Assembly (NCBI GenBank): GCA_035433545.1
Contig: DAORVC010000004.1
Span: 1 to 61,437 of the forward strand
Direction: 5' to 3'
From: Actinotalea sp.
GTDB lineage: Bacteria > Actinomycetota > Actinomycetes > Actinomycetales > Cellulomonadaceae
DNA: 61,437 nucleotides
Under the pieces are notes generated by a model that saw only the letters and a list, made by a program, of their open reading frames with translations, was not told where the DNA came from and did not search any database. Positions 11,062 through 25,892 of this stretch are shown piece by piece. The translations under genes were made by a program, and so were the position numbers. The first letter of the stretch is position 1, and every line of letters begins with the position of its first letter.

Positions 11062-11298
11062 TCAGCGCCGGTCGACGTCCACGACGTCGACCCGGACCGA
11101 GCCGTCGCCGAGCGCGCCGACGACGGTGCGCAGCGCGCGCGCCGTGCGGCCGCTGCGGCCGATGACGCGCCCGAGGTCCTCGGGGTGCACCCTGACCTCC
11201 AGCACCTCGCCGCGCCGCAGGGCCCGACCGGTGACCTGGACGTCGTCCGGGTGGTCCACGATGCCGCGGACCAGGTGCTCGAGCGCGTCGGCGAGCAT
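11062..11298 (-). CDS. khpA: KH-domain RNA-binding protein KhpA
   Basis: VHPEDLGRVIGRSGRTARALR. Position after rpsP. Confidence 0.93.
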   Translation of the reverse strand: MLADALEHLVRGIVDHPDDVQVTGRALRRGEVLEVRVHPEDLGRVIGRSGRTARALRTVVGALGDGSVRVDVVDVDRR

Positions 11299-11747
11299 CA
11301 GGCCTCCGGAGCCGTCTCGGCGGTCTCGGCGGGTGCCTCGACCGGCGCGGCGGCGGCGACAGCTGCCTTCGCCTTCGCGTCGGCGTGCTTGGCCTTGGCC
11401 TTCTCGGCGGCGTCGGCAGCGGCGGCCACGGCGGCGGCGGCGTCGACGACGGCACCGGCCTTGGTCCGCAGCGTGCCCTCGGTGCCGGGCAGGCCCTTGA
11501 AGGTCTGCCAGTCACCGGTGATCTTGAGCAGCACGAGGACCTGCTCGGACGGCTGCGCGCCGACGCCGAGCCAGTACTGCGCACGCTCGCGGGAGATCTC
11601 GATGAACGAGGGCTCCTCGGTGGGGTGGTACTTGCCGATCTCCTCGATCACGCGACCGTCGCGCTTGGTGCGCGAGTCGGCGACGACGATGCGGTAGTAC
11701 GGCGCATGGGTGGTACCGATGCGCTTCAGACGGATCTTGACGGCCAC
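11298..11747 (-). CDS. rpsP: 30S ribosomal protein S16
   Basis: [50 protein letters not shown]. Extended -10 TGGCACAAT near 11877-11885. Confidence 0.96.
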   Translation of the reverse strand: MAVKIRLKRIGTTHAPYYRIVVADSRTKRDGRVIEEIGKYHPTEEPSFIEISRERAQYWLGVGAQPSEQVLVLLKITGDWQTFKGLPGTEGTLRTKAGAVVDAAAAVAAAADAAEKAKAKHADAKAKAAVAAAAPVEAPAETAETAPEA

Positions 11748-11918
11748 AGTGGTGGTCTCTCCTGGTTCTGCCGGGGTGGTCCCCCGCGCGCACACCCGTG
11801 GGGCAGGTGGTCGAGAGGGGCCGAGGACGCGGTCGTGGACGGCTAGAGGGTCCGCCACGCCGGGTACAGCGGGTTATTGTGCCAGACCCGGCGGGCCCGG
11901 TGGTACCGCGGTGCCGCG

Positions 11919-13514
11919 TCAGCGCCCGAGGAGCTTCTCGATGCCGGGCGGCAGCTGGAGGGTGGCCGGGTCCGCGGCCGGCGGCGCCGCGGGTGCGCCC
12001 AGGCCGAAGGCTGAGCCGGGGGCCGACGGCACCCCGGCGGGACGCCCGCCGTCGCGCTCCTGCTGGGCCCGCTTGGCCGGGTTGCCCGACCTTCCCTTGA
12101 CCTTGCGCTGCGGCGGCGTCTTGCCGCGAGACTTCTTGCCGCCCATGCCCGGCAGGTTGCCCATCCCCGGCAGGCCCATGCCCCCGCCGCGCGCCATCTG
12201 CTTCATCATCTTCTGCGCCGCGGTGAACCGCTCGAGCAGCTGGTTGACGTCGCTCGGGCTGGTGCCGGAGCCGCGCGCGATGCGGGCGCGCCGCGAGCCG
12301 TTGATGATCTTGGGCGCCCGGCGCTCGGCCGGCGTCATCGACCGGACGATGGCCTCGATCCGGTCGACCTCGCGCTCGTCGAAGCCCTCGATCGCCTCCC
12401 GCATCTGCCCCATGCCCGGCAGCATCCCGAGCATCTTCTTCATCGAGCCCATCTGGCGAAGGCCCTGCATCTGGACCAGGAAGTCCTCGAGCGTGAAGTC
12501 CTCGCCCCCGGCGAGCTTGCCCGCCATGGCCTCGGCCTGCTCCGCGTCGAACGCCTTCTCCGCCTGCTCGATGAGCGACATGACGTCGCCCATGTCGAGG
12601 ATGCGCGAGGCCATCCGGTCCGGGTGGAAGACCTCGAAGTCGGTGAGCTTCTCGCCGGTCGAGGCGAAGAGGATCGGCCGGCCCGTGACGCTCGCCACGG
12701 ACAACGCTGCACCGCCGCGCGCGTCACCGTCGAGCTTGGACAGCACCACGCCGGTGAAGCCGACGCCGTCGGCGAAGGCCTGCGCGGTGAGCACGGCGTC
12801 CTGGCCGATCATCGCGTCGACGACGAAGAGGATCTCGTCCGGCTGGACGGCGTCGCGGATGTCCGCGGCCTGCTGCATCATCTCGGCGTCCACGCCGAGG
12901 CGGCCGGCGGTGTCGACGATGAGCACGTCGTGCTGGCGCGTGCGCGCGGTCGCCAGGCCGTCGCGGGCCACCGCCACGGGGTCCCCCGCGGCGACGTCGG
13001 CGCCCTCGTAGCCCTCGCGGGCGCCCGGGTGCGGGGCGTAGACCGGCACGCCCGCGCGCTCCCCGACCACCTGGAGCTGGGTGACGGCGTTGGGGCGCTG
13101 CAGGTCCGCCGCGACGAGCAGGGGCGTGTGCCCCTTCTCGCGCAGGTGCAGCGCCAGCTTGCCGGCCAGGGTCGTCTTGCCCGCGCCCTGCAGCCCGGCC
13201 AGCAGGATGACGGTGGGCGGGTTCTTGGCCAGAGCCAGGGGCCGCTGCACGCCGCCGAGCACCGCGACGAGCTCGTCGTTGACGATCTTGACGATCTGCT
13301 GGGCGGGGTTGAGGGCGCCCGAGACCTCGGCCGAGAGCGCACGCTCGCGCACGGCGCCGGTGAAGGCGCGGACCACCTGGACGGCGACGTCGGCGTCGAG
13401 CAGGGCACGCCGGATCTCGCGCACCGTGGCGTCGATGTCGGCCTCGGAGAGCCTGCCCTTGGTGCGCAGGTTCCGGAAGGTGGAGGTCAGACGGTCGGAC
13501 AGCGTGGCGAACAC
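11919..13514 (-). CDS. ffh: Signal recognition particle protein Ffh
   Basis: GLQGAGKTT, DTAGR, SKLDGDARGG, Met-rich M domain SRRARIARGSG. Confidence 0.97.
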   Translation of the reverse strand: MFATLSDRLTSTFRNLRTKGRLSEADIDATVREIRRALLDADVAVQVVRAFTGAVRERALSAEVSGALNPAQQIVKIVNDELVAVLGGVQRPLALAKNPPTVILLAGLQGAGKTTLAGKLALHLREKGHTPLLVAADLQRPNAVTQLQVVGERAGVPVYAPHPGAREGYEGADVAAGDPVAVARDGLATARTRQHDVLIVDTAGRLGVDAEMMQQAADIRDAVQPDEILFVVDAMIGQDAVLTAQAFADGVGFTGVVLSKLDGDARGGAALSVASVTGRPILFASTGEKLTDFEVFHPDRMASRILDMGDVMSLIEQAEKAFDAEQAEAMAGKLAGGEDFTLEDFLVQMQGLRQMGSMKKMLGMLPGMGQMREAIEGFDEREVDRIEAIVRSMTPAERRAPKIINGSRRARIARGSGTSPSDVNQLLERFTAAQKMMKQMARGGGMGLPGMGNLPGMGGKKSRGKTPPQRKVKGRSGNPAKRAQQERDGGRPAGVPSAPGSAFGLGAPAAPPAADPATLQLPPGIEKLLGR

Positions 13515-13571
13515 AGAACCTCACCGGTCACGGGACGGTCGAGCGGGAGCCCTCAGGGTACCCGCAGCGCC

Positions 13572-15356
13572 TCACCCGGAGGTCAGGCGCTCGCGCGTGC
13601 GCTCCGTGAGGTCGTCGAGCAGGCGGGCGCGCCATGGCGTCCACGTCGTCGGGCCCGCCGCCGAGGCGTCCGCCTCGGACAGGGCCCGCAGCACGTCGAG
13701 CAGGTCGACGCGACCGCCGAGCGCCTCGACCAGCGCGTCGACCGTCGCCGGGTCGTCCGGGTCGGACTGCGTCGCGAGGTTCGCCAGCGTGAGGTGGTGG
13801 CGGACCAGGAGCGTGACGTCGGCGATCTCGGCCTGCTCGAAGCCCATCCGGCCGAGGATCCCCGGGACGAGCTCTGCACCCTCCACGCTGTGGTCCGCCA
13901 CCCCGGCGCGCTTGCCGATGTCGTGCAGCAGTGCCGCGAGGAGCAGCACGTGCGAGCCGGCACCCTTGCGCCCGCGACCCGCCCGCGCGACCGTCTCGAC
14001 GAGGTGGCGGTCGACCGTGTGCCGGTGGATGGGCGACCGCTGCGGCCGGTTGCGCACCGCGGACCACTCGGGGATCCACCGGGTCACCACGCCCGCGAGG
14101 TCGAGCGTCTCCCAGACCGGCACCTGGGCAGCGCCCGTGCCGAGCAGCGCGAGCAGGTGCGCTCGCGCCACGGCCGGCCACGGCTCGGGCAGGGCCGGCG
14201 TCCGCGCCAGGCTCTCGACGGTGACGGGGGACAGCGGCAGCCCGGTGCGGGCAGCCGTCGCCGCGGCACGCAGGCTGAGCATGGGGTCGTCCTGCGGCCG
14301 CACGCCCGCGGCGAGCACCAGCTCGCCGTCGTGCTCCACGAGGCCCTCGCCCACCGAGCGCAGCCGGGGCGCGATGCGGCGCCCCCGGACGAGCACCGGC
14401 CGTCGCAGGGACGGGCGGTCCAGGGCCTGGCGCGCGTGCCGCACGGTGGTGTCGAGCGCGTGCGAGACCACCCGGCCGGACTCGGCGAGCCCGGCGAGCA
14501 GGTCGTCGGCGTCGCCGATGCCCAGCAGCGCCGCGACCTCGTCCTGGTCGGCGCGCAGCAGGCGGTTGGTGGGTCGCCGGGTCGCGACGTGCAGCGCGTC
14601 GCGCACGTCGAGCAGGTGGGCGTAGGCGTCGTCGACCGCGCCGTGGGGGCGGTCGGTGAGCCACGTGGCCGCGAGCGCGAAGACCACGACGGCGTCGCGG
14701 ATCCCACCGCGCGCCTCCTTGAGGTCGGGCTCGACGAGGTAGGCGAGCTCGCCGGAGCGCTCAGCGCGGGTCTTCGTCGTCGCGAGCAGCTCCGGCAGGC
14801 GGCGCCGTGCTGCCGAGCGCCAGTCCGTCAGCAGCGCGGTGCGCGCACGGTGGATGACGGTGCGGTCGCCGGCGACGGCGCGCAGGTCGAGCAGCCCGAC
14901 GGCGGCCGGCAGGTCGGCGGAGGCGACCTGCCGGCACTGGGCCAGCGAACGGACCGAGTGGTCCAGGTCGAGTCCGGCGTCCCAGATGGGGTACCAGAGC
15001 CGCTCGGCGAGCGCCGCGACCTCGGCGGCCGGGTGCGAGCGGCCGTCGTGCACCAGCAGGAGGTCGAGGTCGCTGTTGGGGCTCGCGTCGGAGCGCCCCA
15101 GGCTGCCCACGGCGCCGAGCGCCAGCCCCTCGGCCGCACCGAGGGGTGCCACGGCCTCGTCCCACAGGTGGGCGAGCCGGCTGGTCACGAGCTGGGCGAC
15201 GGCGGCCCGGCGCACGTGGCCGTCTGCCCCGGGTCCGGTCATCCGTGCCGCCAGGTCGAGCCGGTCCGCCCGCAGGCCCCGCACCCCGGTGGAGGGGAGC
15301 GGGGCCTGCAGGGACGGGGCCCCGACCGCGGCGTCGTGCGGTCGGTCGTGCATCAT
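13572..15356 (-). CDS. glnD: PII uridylyl/adenylyltransferase GlnD (short form)
   Basis: AVGSLGR...SDLDL nucleotidyltransferase motif, [28 protein letters not shown] (HD). amtB-glnK-glnD operon. Confidence 0.92.
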   Translation of the reverse strand: MMHDRPHDAAVGAPSLQAPLPSTGVRGLRADRLDLAARMTGPGADGHVRRAAVAQLVTSRLAHLWDEAVAPLGAAEGLALGAVGSLGRSDASPNSDLDLLLVHDGRSHPAAEVAALAERLWYPIWDAGLDLDHSVRSLAQCRQVASADLPAAVGLLDLRAVAGDRTVIHRARTALLTDWRSAARRRLPELLATTKTRAERSGELAYLVEPDLKEARGGIRDAVVVFALAATWLTDRPHGAVDDAYAHLLDVRDALHVATRRPTNRLLRADQDEVAALLGIGDADDLLAGLAESGRVVSHALDTTVRHARQALDRPSLRRPVLVRGRRIAPRLRSVGEGLVEHDGELVLAAGVRPQDDPMLSLRAAATAARTGLPLSPVTVESLARTPALPEPWPAVARAHLLALLGTGAAQVPVWETLDLAGVVTRWIPEWSAVRNRPQRSPIHRHTVDRHLVETVARAGRGRKGAGSHVLLLAALLHDIGKRAGVADHSVEGAELVPGILGRMGFEQAEIADVTLLVRHHLTLANLATQSDPDDPATVDALVEALGGRVDLLDVLRALSEADASAAGPTTWTPWRARLLDDLTERTRERLTSG

Positions 15357-15369
15357 CGGTTCCCGGCGC

Positions 15370-17024
<1,655 letters not shown>

Positions 17025-17084
17025 AGAAATCGCCTCTCCCTCGCCAGCCGGGCGGCTGGTCCGGGACAACCATCTTCGAGCGGT

Positions 17085-17153
17085 GTTTCCGCGTCGGACG
17101 GCTGGCGTTACGGCGCGATGACAGAACGCCGCGGGATGTGAACGCTCTGTTTC
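17085..17153 (-). promoter_or_regulatory. Putative GlnR boxes upstream of amtB
   Basis: Minus-strand pentamers: GAAAC-n6-TTCAC (17153-17138) and GTCAT-n6-GTAAC-n17-GAAAC (17122-17085). Matches the gTnAc-n6-GaAAc style. amtB is a canonical GlnR target. Confidence 0.65.
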
Positions 17154-17154
17154 G

Positions 17155-18372
17155 TCAGCCCTGCAGCAGGCCGTCGACGAACGCCTCGGGCTCGAAGGGT
17201 GCCAGGTCGTCCGGCCCCTCCCCCAGGCCGACGAGCTTGACCGGCACCCCGAGCTCACGCTGGACGGCCACGACGATGCCGCCCTTGGCCGTGCCGTCGA
17301 GCTTCGTCAGGACGATCCCGGTGACGCCGGCGACCTCGGCGAAGACCCGGGCCTGGGTCAGGCCGTTCTGCCCCGTGGTGGCGTCGAGCACGAGGAGCAC
17401 CTCGCTGATCGGCGAGGAGCGTGTGATGACGCGCGTGATCTTGCCCAGCTCGTCCATGAGGCCGGCCTTGTTCTGCAGCCGTCCGGCCGTGTCCACGAGG
17501 ACGACGTCGACGCCGTCGGCCCGCCCCCGGCGCACGGCGTCGAACGCCACGGCCGCGGGGTCCCCGCCGTCGCGGTCCGAGCGCACCGTCGCGACACCCA
17601 CGCGCGCGCCCCACGTCTGCAGCTGGTCGGCTGCGGCGGCGCGGAACGTGTCGGCCGCGCCAAGGAGCACGGTGCGGCCCTCCGCGACGAGCACGCGCGC
17701 GAGCTTGCCGACCGTCGTCGTCTTGCCCGTCCCGTTGACGCCCACGACGAGCACGACGGCGGGGTGCACGCCCGGCCGCCCGTCCTCGTCGGTCACCATC
17801 ACGGGCTCGGTGTGCAGCGTGCGGTCCATCGACGGGTCGACGAGGGCGAGGAGCTGCTCGCGCAGCAGGGCGCGCACCGCGACGGGCTCGCGCACGCCGA
17901 GCACGCGCACGCGCTCCCGCAGCGCGTCGACGAGCTCCGCCGAGGGGCCGGCGCCGACGTCCGCGAGGAGCAGCGTCTCCTCGATCTCGTCCCAGTCGTC
18001 CGCCGTGAGCGTGTCGCGGGACAGCACGGCGAGCAGCGTCGCGCCCAGGGCACCGGAGCGGGCCAGCCGCTCGCGCAGCCGGACCAGGCGCCCGACGGCC
18101 GGCGTGGGCACGTCCAGGGCGGGTGGGGCGGGCGCGGTGGCGGGCCCGTTCTCGACGGCGGCGGTCGCGCCGGCGGTCCCGGCCCCAGCGGCCGACGGCG
18201 CGCCGCCGGAGCCGGGCGACAGGTCCGTGGGCGCCGCGCCGGTGCCGCCGGCGGCCGGGCGCTCGACGGCGGCGGCGCCACCGCGGCGGCGCGAGCGCAC
18301 GAGCAGGGTCGTCGCGGTGCCCAGGACGGCCAGGACCGGCAGGGCGATGAGGAGATCGGTGAGGTCGTTCAC
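17155..18372 (-). CDS. ftsY: SRP receptor FtsY
   Basis: GVNGTGKTTT, DTFRAAA, DTAGRLQ, TKLDGTAKGG. N-terminal TM. Confidence 0.97.
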   Translation of the reverse strand: MNDLTDLLIALPVLAVLGTATTLLVRSRRRGGAAAVERPAAGGTGAAPTDLSPGSGGAPSAAGAGTAGATAAVENGPATAPAPPALDVPTPAVGRLVRLRERLARSGALGATLLAVLSRDTLTADDWDEIEETLLLADVGAGPSAELVDALRERVRVLGVREPVAVRALLREQLLALVDPSMDRTLHTEPVMVTDEDGRPGVHPAVVLVVGVNGTGKTTTVGKLARVLVAEGRTVLLGAADTFRAAAADQLQTWGARVGVATVRSDRDGGDPAAVAFDAVRRGRADGVDVVLVDTAGRLQNKAGLMDELGKITRVITRSSPISEVLLVLDATTGQNGLTQARVFAEVAGVTGIVLTKLDGTAKGGIVVAVQRELGVPVKLVGLGEGPDDLAPFEPEAFVDGLLQG

Positions 18373-18414
18373 GCCAGCAGTGTGCCAGGCGTCGGGGGCG
18401 CAGCGCCCTGCGGG

Positions 18415-18747
18415 TCAGCGGCGGACGAGCCCCGTGACGCCGCGCGCCGCCGCCTGGGTGACCCGGGCGACGGGATCGGTGAGGTCGTCTGCGCGGACGT
18501 AGCCGTCCTCCTGCGCCCCCCCGAGCAGGAAGATCTCCTCGACGTGGGACGTCTCCACGTCGGCCGCCTCGACGAGGTCGCGACGCGCCCCGGCGAACAG
18601 GCCGAGCCGCGTGGAGTCGCCACGGCGCAGGCCGGAGCGCAGGTCCGAGAGCAGCCCCCGGGAGGATCCGCCGTCACGCGCCACGGCCGCCAGGACGACG
18701 ATGGCGGCGAGCAGGGCGACGACGACGGGGACGACAACGGGAGACAT
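18415..18747 (-). CDS. Small hypothetical protein with N-terminal membrane anchor
   Basis: 110 aa, hydrophobic N-terminus (VVVPVVVALLAAIVVLAAV), GC3-rich codons, GATACT 6 nt before the ATG. Confidence 0.6.
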   Translation of the reverse strand: MSPVVVPVVVALLAAIVVLAAVARDGGSSRGLLSDLRSGLRRGDSTRLGLFAGARRDLVEAADVETSHVEEIFLLGGAQEDGYVRADDLTDPVARVTQAAARGVTGLVRR

Positions 18748-18852
18748 GCCCCCAGTATCGGCGCCCCCCGCGCGCCACCGCGCCGGTCGCCGCTGGGGCC
18801 CCGCGGGATCGGCACAGGATCTCCACACGGCTGTGACCCGGGTCACGGCACG

Positions 18853-21800
18853 TCAGGCCGAGGCGTCCTCGTGCATCCGCTGGCTGATGACGGTGGTGAC
18901 GCCGTCGCCGCGCATCGTCACGCCGTACAGCGCGTCGGCGATCTCCATGGTGCGCTTCTGGTGCGTGACGACGATGAGCTGGGAGTCGTCGCGCAGCTCG
19001 CGGAAGATCTCCAGCAGCCGTCCGAGGTTGAGGTCGTCGAGCGCGGCCTCGACCTCGTCCATGACGTAGAACGGGCTCGGCCGGGCCTTGAAGATCGCCA
19101 CGAGCAGGGCCACGGCGGTCAGCGAGCGCTCGCCGCCCGACAGCAGCGACAGCCGCTTGACCTTCTTGCCGGCAGGGCGCGCCTCGACCTCGATGCCGGT
19201 GGTGAGCATGTCCCCGGGCTCGGTCAGGACGAGGCGGCCCTCGCCGCCGGGGAACAACCGGGCGAAGACGCGCTCGAACTGCACGGCCGTGTCGTGGTAC
19301 GCCTCGGCGAAGACCTGCTCGACGCGCTCGTCGATCTCGCGGACGATCTGCAGCAGGTCGGAGCGCGAGCTCTTGAGGTCGGCCAGCTGCGTGGTGAGGA
19401 ACGTGTGCCGCTCCTCGAGCGCGGCGAACTCCTCCAGGGCCAGCGGGTTGACCCGGCCGAGCAGCGCGAGCGCCCGCTCGGCCGCGCGCAGCCGCTTCTC
19501 CTGGTCGGCCCGCACGTAGGGCACGGACGTGGGCGTCTCGTCCGCCGACCCCGCGTCGGACGGCGCGGTGAGCACCGGCACGGGCTGGTGCGGGCCGAAC
19601 TCGTCGAGCAGCACCTGCGGGTCCAGCCCCAGCTCCTCGACCGCGCGCGTCTGCAGCTGCTCGACGCGCAGCGCCTGCTGGGCGCGCGCGAGCTCGTCCT
19701 TGTGGGCCACGTCGGTGAGCTCCGCGAGCTCGCGCGCCCACCGGTCGACCTCGGTGCGCACCACGACGAGCTGGGCCTCGCGCTCGGTGCGGTCCCGCTC
19801 GACGGTGTCCCTGACGTCGCCGGCCGCGCGCAGCGACTCCTCGAGCACACCGAGCGCCCACCCGGCACCGGTGGCGACCGCCTGCGCCCGCGCGGCCTGC
19901 TCGGCGCGCTGACGGGCGCGCTCCGCCGCCCGCTGACGCGCCTCGCGCTCGGCGGTGGCGGCACGCTCGAGCGACTGGGCCCGGCCCGCCACCGCCCGGG
20001 CGCGCTCCTCGGAGGTCCGCAGGGTGAGCCGTGCCTCGGTCTCGCGCGCGCGGGCAGCCGCGGCCGCGGTGGCCGCGGTGTCGCGCGCAGCCCCGGCGGC
20101 CTCGATCTGGTCGTCGGACTCGGCCGGGTCCGCCTCGGCGTGGGCCAGCCGCTCGGCGAGGTCGGCGAGCTCGACCTGGTCGGCGGCGAGACGCTGGCCG
20201 GCGGCGTCCAGCGCCGCCTGCGCACGCTCGGCCTCGGCCCGGGCTGCGCGCGCGGCCGAGCCCAGGTGACCCAGCTGCTCCGCGACGGCCGCCAGCGCGG
20301 CGTCGGACTCGTGCAGGCGCTCCAGCGTGGCCTCGTGGCGGGCGGTCGCCGCGCGCTCGGTCTCGCCGGCGGCGGCCAGCGCGAACCTTGTCCGCTCGGT
20401 CGCCGCGGCGGCGTCGGCGACGCGCGCCCTGGCGTCGTCGAGCGCGGCCTGCAGCTCCAACGTGCTCGGCGCGCTGGCCGAGCCACCCGAGGCGCGGGCG
20501 GCCCCGAGCAGGTCCCCGCCCCGGGTCACGGCGGTGAGCCGCGGGTGGGCGGCGACGACGGCGCGCGCCTGGGCGAGGTCGTCGACGACGACGACGTCGG
20601 CCAGCAGGGCGTGCACGGCGTCCGCGACGGCCGGGGCGACGTGCACGAGGGTGACCGCCGCCACAGCGCCGTCCGGCACCGCGCCGGGAGCCGGCGGCGG
20701 CTCGGTGCCGCCGATGAGCAGCGTGGCACGCCCGGCGTCGTCGGTGCGCAGCCGGCGCAGCGCGTCCACCGCGGCACCGAGCGACTCCACCGCGACGGCG
20801 TCGGCCACCGCGCCGAGCGCAGCGGCGATGGCGTCCTCGTACCCGGGCTCGACCCCGACGAGCGCGGCGACGGAGCCCAGCGTGCCCGGCAGGTCGTCCG
20901 CTGCGAGCAGCGCGCCGGCGCCGTCCTTGCGGACCAGGCTCATCTCGAGCGCCTCGACGCGGGCCGTCCACGACGCGCGGTCGCGCTCGGCCGTCTGCTC
21001 GGCGGCACGCAGCGCCACGAGAGCGGCGGCGGCGTCCTCGAGCGCGGCCGTGGCGGCCTCGTGCTCGGCGTCGAGGTCCTCCTCGCCCTCCTCGGCCCCG
21101 ACCACCTGGGACTCGAGCGCCGCGAACTCGACCGTGGCCCGCTGCCCGCGCCGCTCGGCCTCGGCGACGGTCTCGCGCAGCCGGCCGATCTCGGCCTCGG
21201 TCGCCTCGAGCCGGCTGCGGCGCGCCGCGACCTGCCCGGCCAGCCGGGCCAGCCCCTCGCGCCGGTCGGCGACGGCACGGTGCAGGGCTGCCAGGTGCCG
21301 CTCGGCGGTGTGCGCCTGCTCCTCGAGGCCGGCACGGTGGACGGTCGCGGCCTCGACGGCCACCCGGGCGAGCTCCACCTCGGCGCCGAGCTCCGCCTCC
21401 GCGGCGCGCGCCCGCTGGGCCTGGGCGTCGAGGTCGTCCGGGTCCCGGCCGGACCAGTCCTCGCCGCCAGCCGAGCCGAGCAGGCGCATGCGCTCCGCCG
21501 CGAGGGTCGCCACACCGCGCAGCCGCTCCCGCACGGAGGACAACCGGTACCAGACCTCGGAGGCCGCTGACTGCTCGGGGGCTGCCGCGGCGGCCTGCGC
21601 CTCGAGCGCGGCAAGGCGCGTCCGGGCGGCGCCGAGCGCGGACTCGACCTCGGCGCGCCGCTCGCGCAGCGCGGTCTCGTCGGCGATCTCCTGCTCGAGG
21701 GTCGCGGTCAGCTGGGCCAGGTCGTCCGCGAGCAGCCGGGCACGGGCGTCGCGCAGGTCGGCCTGGACGGTCTGCGCCTTGCGCGCCACCTCGGCCTGCC

Positions 21801-22419
21801 GGCCGAGCGGGCCGAGCTGGCGGCGGATCTCGGCGGTGAGATCGGCCAGGCGGGTGAGGTTGGCCTGCATCGCGTCGAGCTTGCGCAGCGCCTTCTCCTT
21901 GCGCCGGCGGTGCTTGAGCACGCCGGCCGCCTCCTCGATGAACCCGCGGCGGTCCTCGGGGGTGGCCCGCAGCACGGCGTCGAGCTGCCCCTGGCCCACG
22001 ATGACGTGCATCTCACGGCCCATGCCGGTGTCCGAGAGCAGCTCCTGGATGTCCAGCAGCCGGCAGGTGGAACCGTTGATGGCGTACTCGGAGCCGCCGC
22101 TGCGGAACAGCGTCCGCGAGATCGTCACCTCGGAGTACTCGATCGGCAGCAGGCCGTCGGTGTTGTCGATGGTCAGGGCGACCTCGGCGCGGCCCAGCGG
22201 GGGCCGGCCAGCCGTCCCGGCGAAGATGACGTCCTCCATCGTGCCGCCGCGCAGCGACTTGGCACCCTGCTCGCCCATCACCCAGGCCAGGGCGTCGACG
22301 ACGTTGGACTTGCCGGAGCCGTTGGGCCCCACGACGCACGTGATGCCCGGCTCGAAGCTCAGCGTCGTCGCCGAGGCGAACGACTTGAACCCGCGCAGGG
22401 TGAGCGTCTTGAGGTGCAC
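18853..22419 (-). CDS. smc: Chromosome segregation protein SMC
   Basis: GPNGSGKSN Walker A, coiled coils and hinge, LSGGE signature, MDEVEAALD. Confidence 0.97.
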   Translation of the reverse strand: MHLKTLTLRGFKSFASATTLSFEPGITCVVGPNGSGKSNVVDALAWVMGEQGAKSLRGGTMEDVIFAGTAGRPPLGRAEVALTIDNTDGLLPIEYSEVTISRTLFRSGGSEYAINGSTCRLLDIQELLSDTGMGREMHVIVGQGQLDAVLRATPEDRRGFIEEAAGVLKHRRRKEKALRKLDAMQANLTRLADLTAEIRRQLGPLGRQAEVARKAQTVQADLRDARARLLADDLAQLTATLEQEIADETALRERRAEVESALGAARTRLAALEAQAAAAAPEQSAASEVWYRLSSVRERLRGVATLAAERMRLLGSAGGEDWSGRDPDDLDAQAQRARAAEAELGAEVELARVAVEAATVHRAGLEEQAHTAERHLAALHRAVADRREGLARLAGQVAARRSRLEATEAEIGRLRETVAEAERRGQRATVEFAALESQVVGAEEGEEDLDAEHEAATAALEDAAAALVALRAAEQTAERDRASWTARVEALEMSLVRKDGAGALLAADDLPGTLGSVAALVGVEPGYEDAIAAALGAVADAVAVESLGAAVDALRRLRTDDAGRATLLIGGTEPPPAPGAVPDGAVAAVTLVHVAPAVADAVHALLADVVVVDDLAQARAVVAAHPRLTAVTRGGDLLGAARASGGSASAPSTLELQAALDDARARVADAAAATERTRFALAAAGETERAATARHEATLERLHESDAALAAVAEQLGHLGSAARAARAEAERAQAALDAAGQRLAADQVELADLAERLAHAEADPAESDDQIEAAGAARDTAATAAAAARARETEARLTLRTSEERARAVAGRAQSLERAATAEREARQRAAERARQRAEQAARAQAVATGAGWALGVLEESLRAAGDVRDTVERDRTEREAQLVVVRTEVDRWARELAELTDVAHKDELARAQQALRVEQLQTRAVEELGLDPQVLLDEFGPHQPVPVLTAPSDAGSADETPTSVPYVRADQEKRLRAAERALALLGRVNPLALEEFAALEERHTFLTTQLADLKSSRSDLLQIVREIDERVEQVFAEAYHDTAVQFERVFARLFPGGEGRLVLTEPGDMLTTGIEVEARPAGKKVKRLSLLSGGERSLTAVALLVAIFKARPSPFYVMDEVEAALDDLNLGRLLEIFRELRDDSQLIVVTHQKRTMEIADALYGVTMRGDGVTTVISQRMHEDASA

Positions 22420-22517
22420 GGAGCGAGCCTAGGGCCGACGTCGGCCGGTGGCGGCGGCCGTGCCCGCGCGCGTCGCGGCGGCCGTGCCTGCGCGCAGGGC
22501 GACGCCCGGTGCTGCGC

Positions 22518-22949
22518 TCACAGCGCCGGGAACCACAGGCCGATCTCGCGCGCTGCGGACCGCGGCGAGTCGGAGCCGTGCACGAGGTTCTCGGTGACCG
22601 GCGTGTCCCACGCCCTGGCCAGGTCGCCGCGGAGGGTCCCGGGCGCCGCCGTCGTCGGGTCCGTGGTGCCGGCAAGCGACCGGAAGCCCTCGATGACGCG
22701 CTCGCCCTCGACCACGGCCGCGAGCACCGGGCCGGAACCCATGAACTCCACGAGGGGACCGAAGAACGGCTTGCCCGCGTGCTCGTCGTAGTGCGCCTCG
22801 AGCAGCGCCTCGCCGGGCGTGCGCAGCTCGACGGCGACGAGCGTGTACCCCTTCGCCTCGATCCGGCGGAGCACCTCCCCGACCAGGCCCCGGCGGACGC
22901 CGTCGGGCTTGACGAGGACGAGGGTGCGCTCGACGGTGGGCTGCGACAT
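22518..22949 (-). CDS. ndk: Nucleoside-diphosphate kinase
   Basis: [28 protein letters not shown] (phospho-His). Confidence 0.97.
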   Translation of the reverse strand: MSQPTVERTLVLVKPDGVRRGLVGEVLRRIEAKGYTLVAVELRTPGEALLEAHYDEHAGKPFFGPLVEFMGSGPVLAAVVEGERVIEGFRSLAGTTDPTTAAPGTLRGDLARAWDTPVTENLVHGSDSPRSAAREIGLWFPAL

Positions 22950-22972
22950 GGCCGCGAGCCTAGCGGCTGGAC

Positions 22973-23407
22973 TCAGGTGGTCGCCCCGGGCGCGGCGGCC
23001 GCGGCGACGGCCCGTGCCGCCCGCTCCCGGTCGATCCGACCACCGAGGCGCAGCGACGCGACCCAGAGCGCGACGAAGACCACCCCGACGACGACCATGA
23101 CCGGCGCGGCGGCCGGCGGCAGCGCCAGACCGCCGAGCAGCACCGGCACCTGGAGCACCGAGCCGACCACCAGCCCGCCGGGACGCCCCTGGACGCCCGC
23201 CGCCAGGATCAACGAGAGCGCCAGCGCCCCACCCAGGCCCCACACCACGCCGGGCGGCGCGGCGCGCAGGCCGTACGCGACGAGCGTCGCGAAGAGGACG
23301 ACGAAGGCCTCGAGCACGAGCATCGTCGCGGTGAACTGGCGGCGGGCCGAGCGCACGCGCCCACCGCCGGCGGGGGCGGGTGCCGCAGGGCGCGTCGGGG
23401 TGCTCAC
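22973..23407 (-). CDS. DUF4233 family membrane protein
   Basis: Four hydrophobic segments, [19 protein letters not shown]. Typical folC-DUF4233-ndk context. Confidence 0.82.
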   Translation of the reverse strand: MSTPTRPAAPAPAGGGRVRSARRQFTATMLVLEAFVVLFATLVAYGLRAAPPGVVWGLGGALALSLILAAGVQGRPGGLVVGSVLQVPVLLGGLALPPAAAPVMVVVGVVFVALWVASLRLGGRIDRERAARAVAAAAAPGATT

Positions 23408-23416
23408 CGGGGCAGG

Positions 23417-25838
<2,422 letters not shown>

Positions 25839-25845
<7 letters not shown>

Positions 25846-25888
25846 GGCGTGCAAGTTTACATCACGTGCAGTTGTGCACCGGATGCAG
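25839..25888. promoter_or_regulatory. Three tandem TGCA-N5-TGCA operators overlapping the tetR start and its -10 (TAAACT)
   Basis: Units start at 25841, 25858 (TACA variant) and 25875, an exact 17-bp period. -10 TAAACT at 25859-25854 on the minus strand. Confidence 0.7.
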
Positions 25889-25892
25889 GTCG

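Noticed and set aside
11899-11913. GGTGGTACCGCGGTG on the + strand, identical to 15 nt of the ileS T-box region
   Set aside because: Opposite strand to rpsP and ffh, with no stem I, specifier or downstream amino-acid gene. Probably chance in high-GC DNA.
17764-22432. Very long + strand ORFs (1268 aa, 701 aa), and similar ones at 12624-15479, 27229-30246, 30045-33338, 56644-59520
   Set aside because: Antisense shadows of real minus-strand genes caused by stop-codon scarcity at high GC3. No recognisable motifs.
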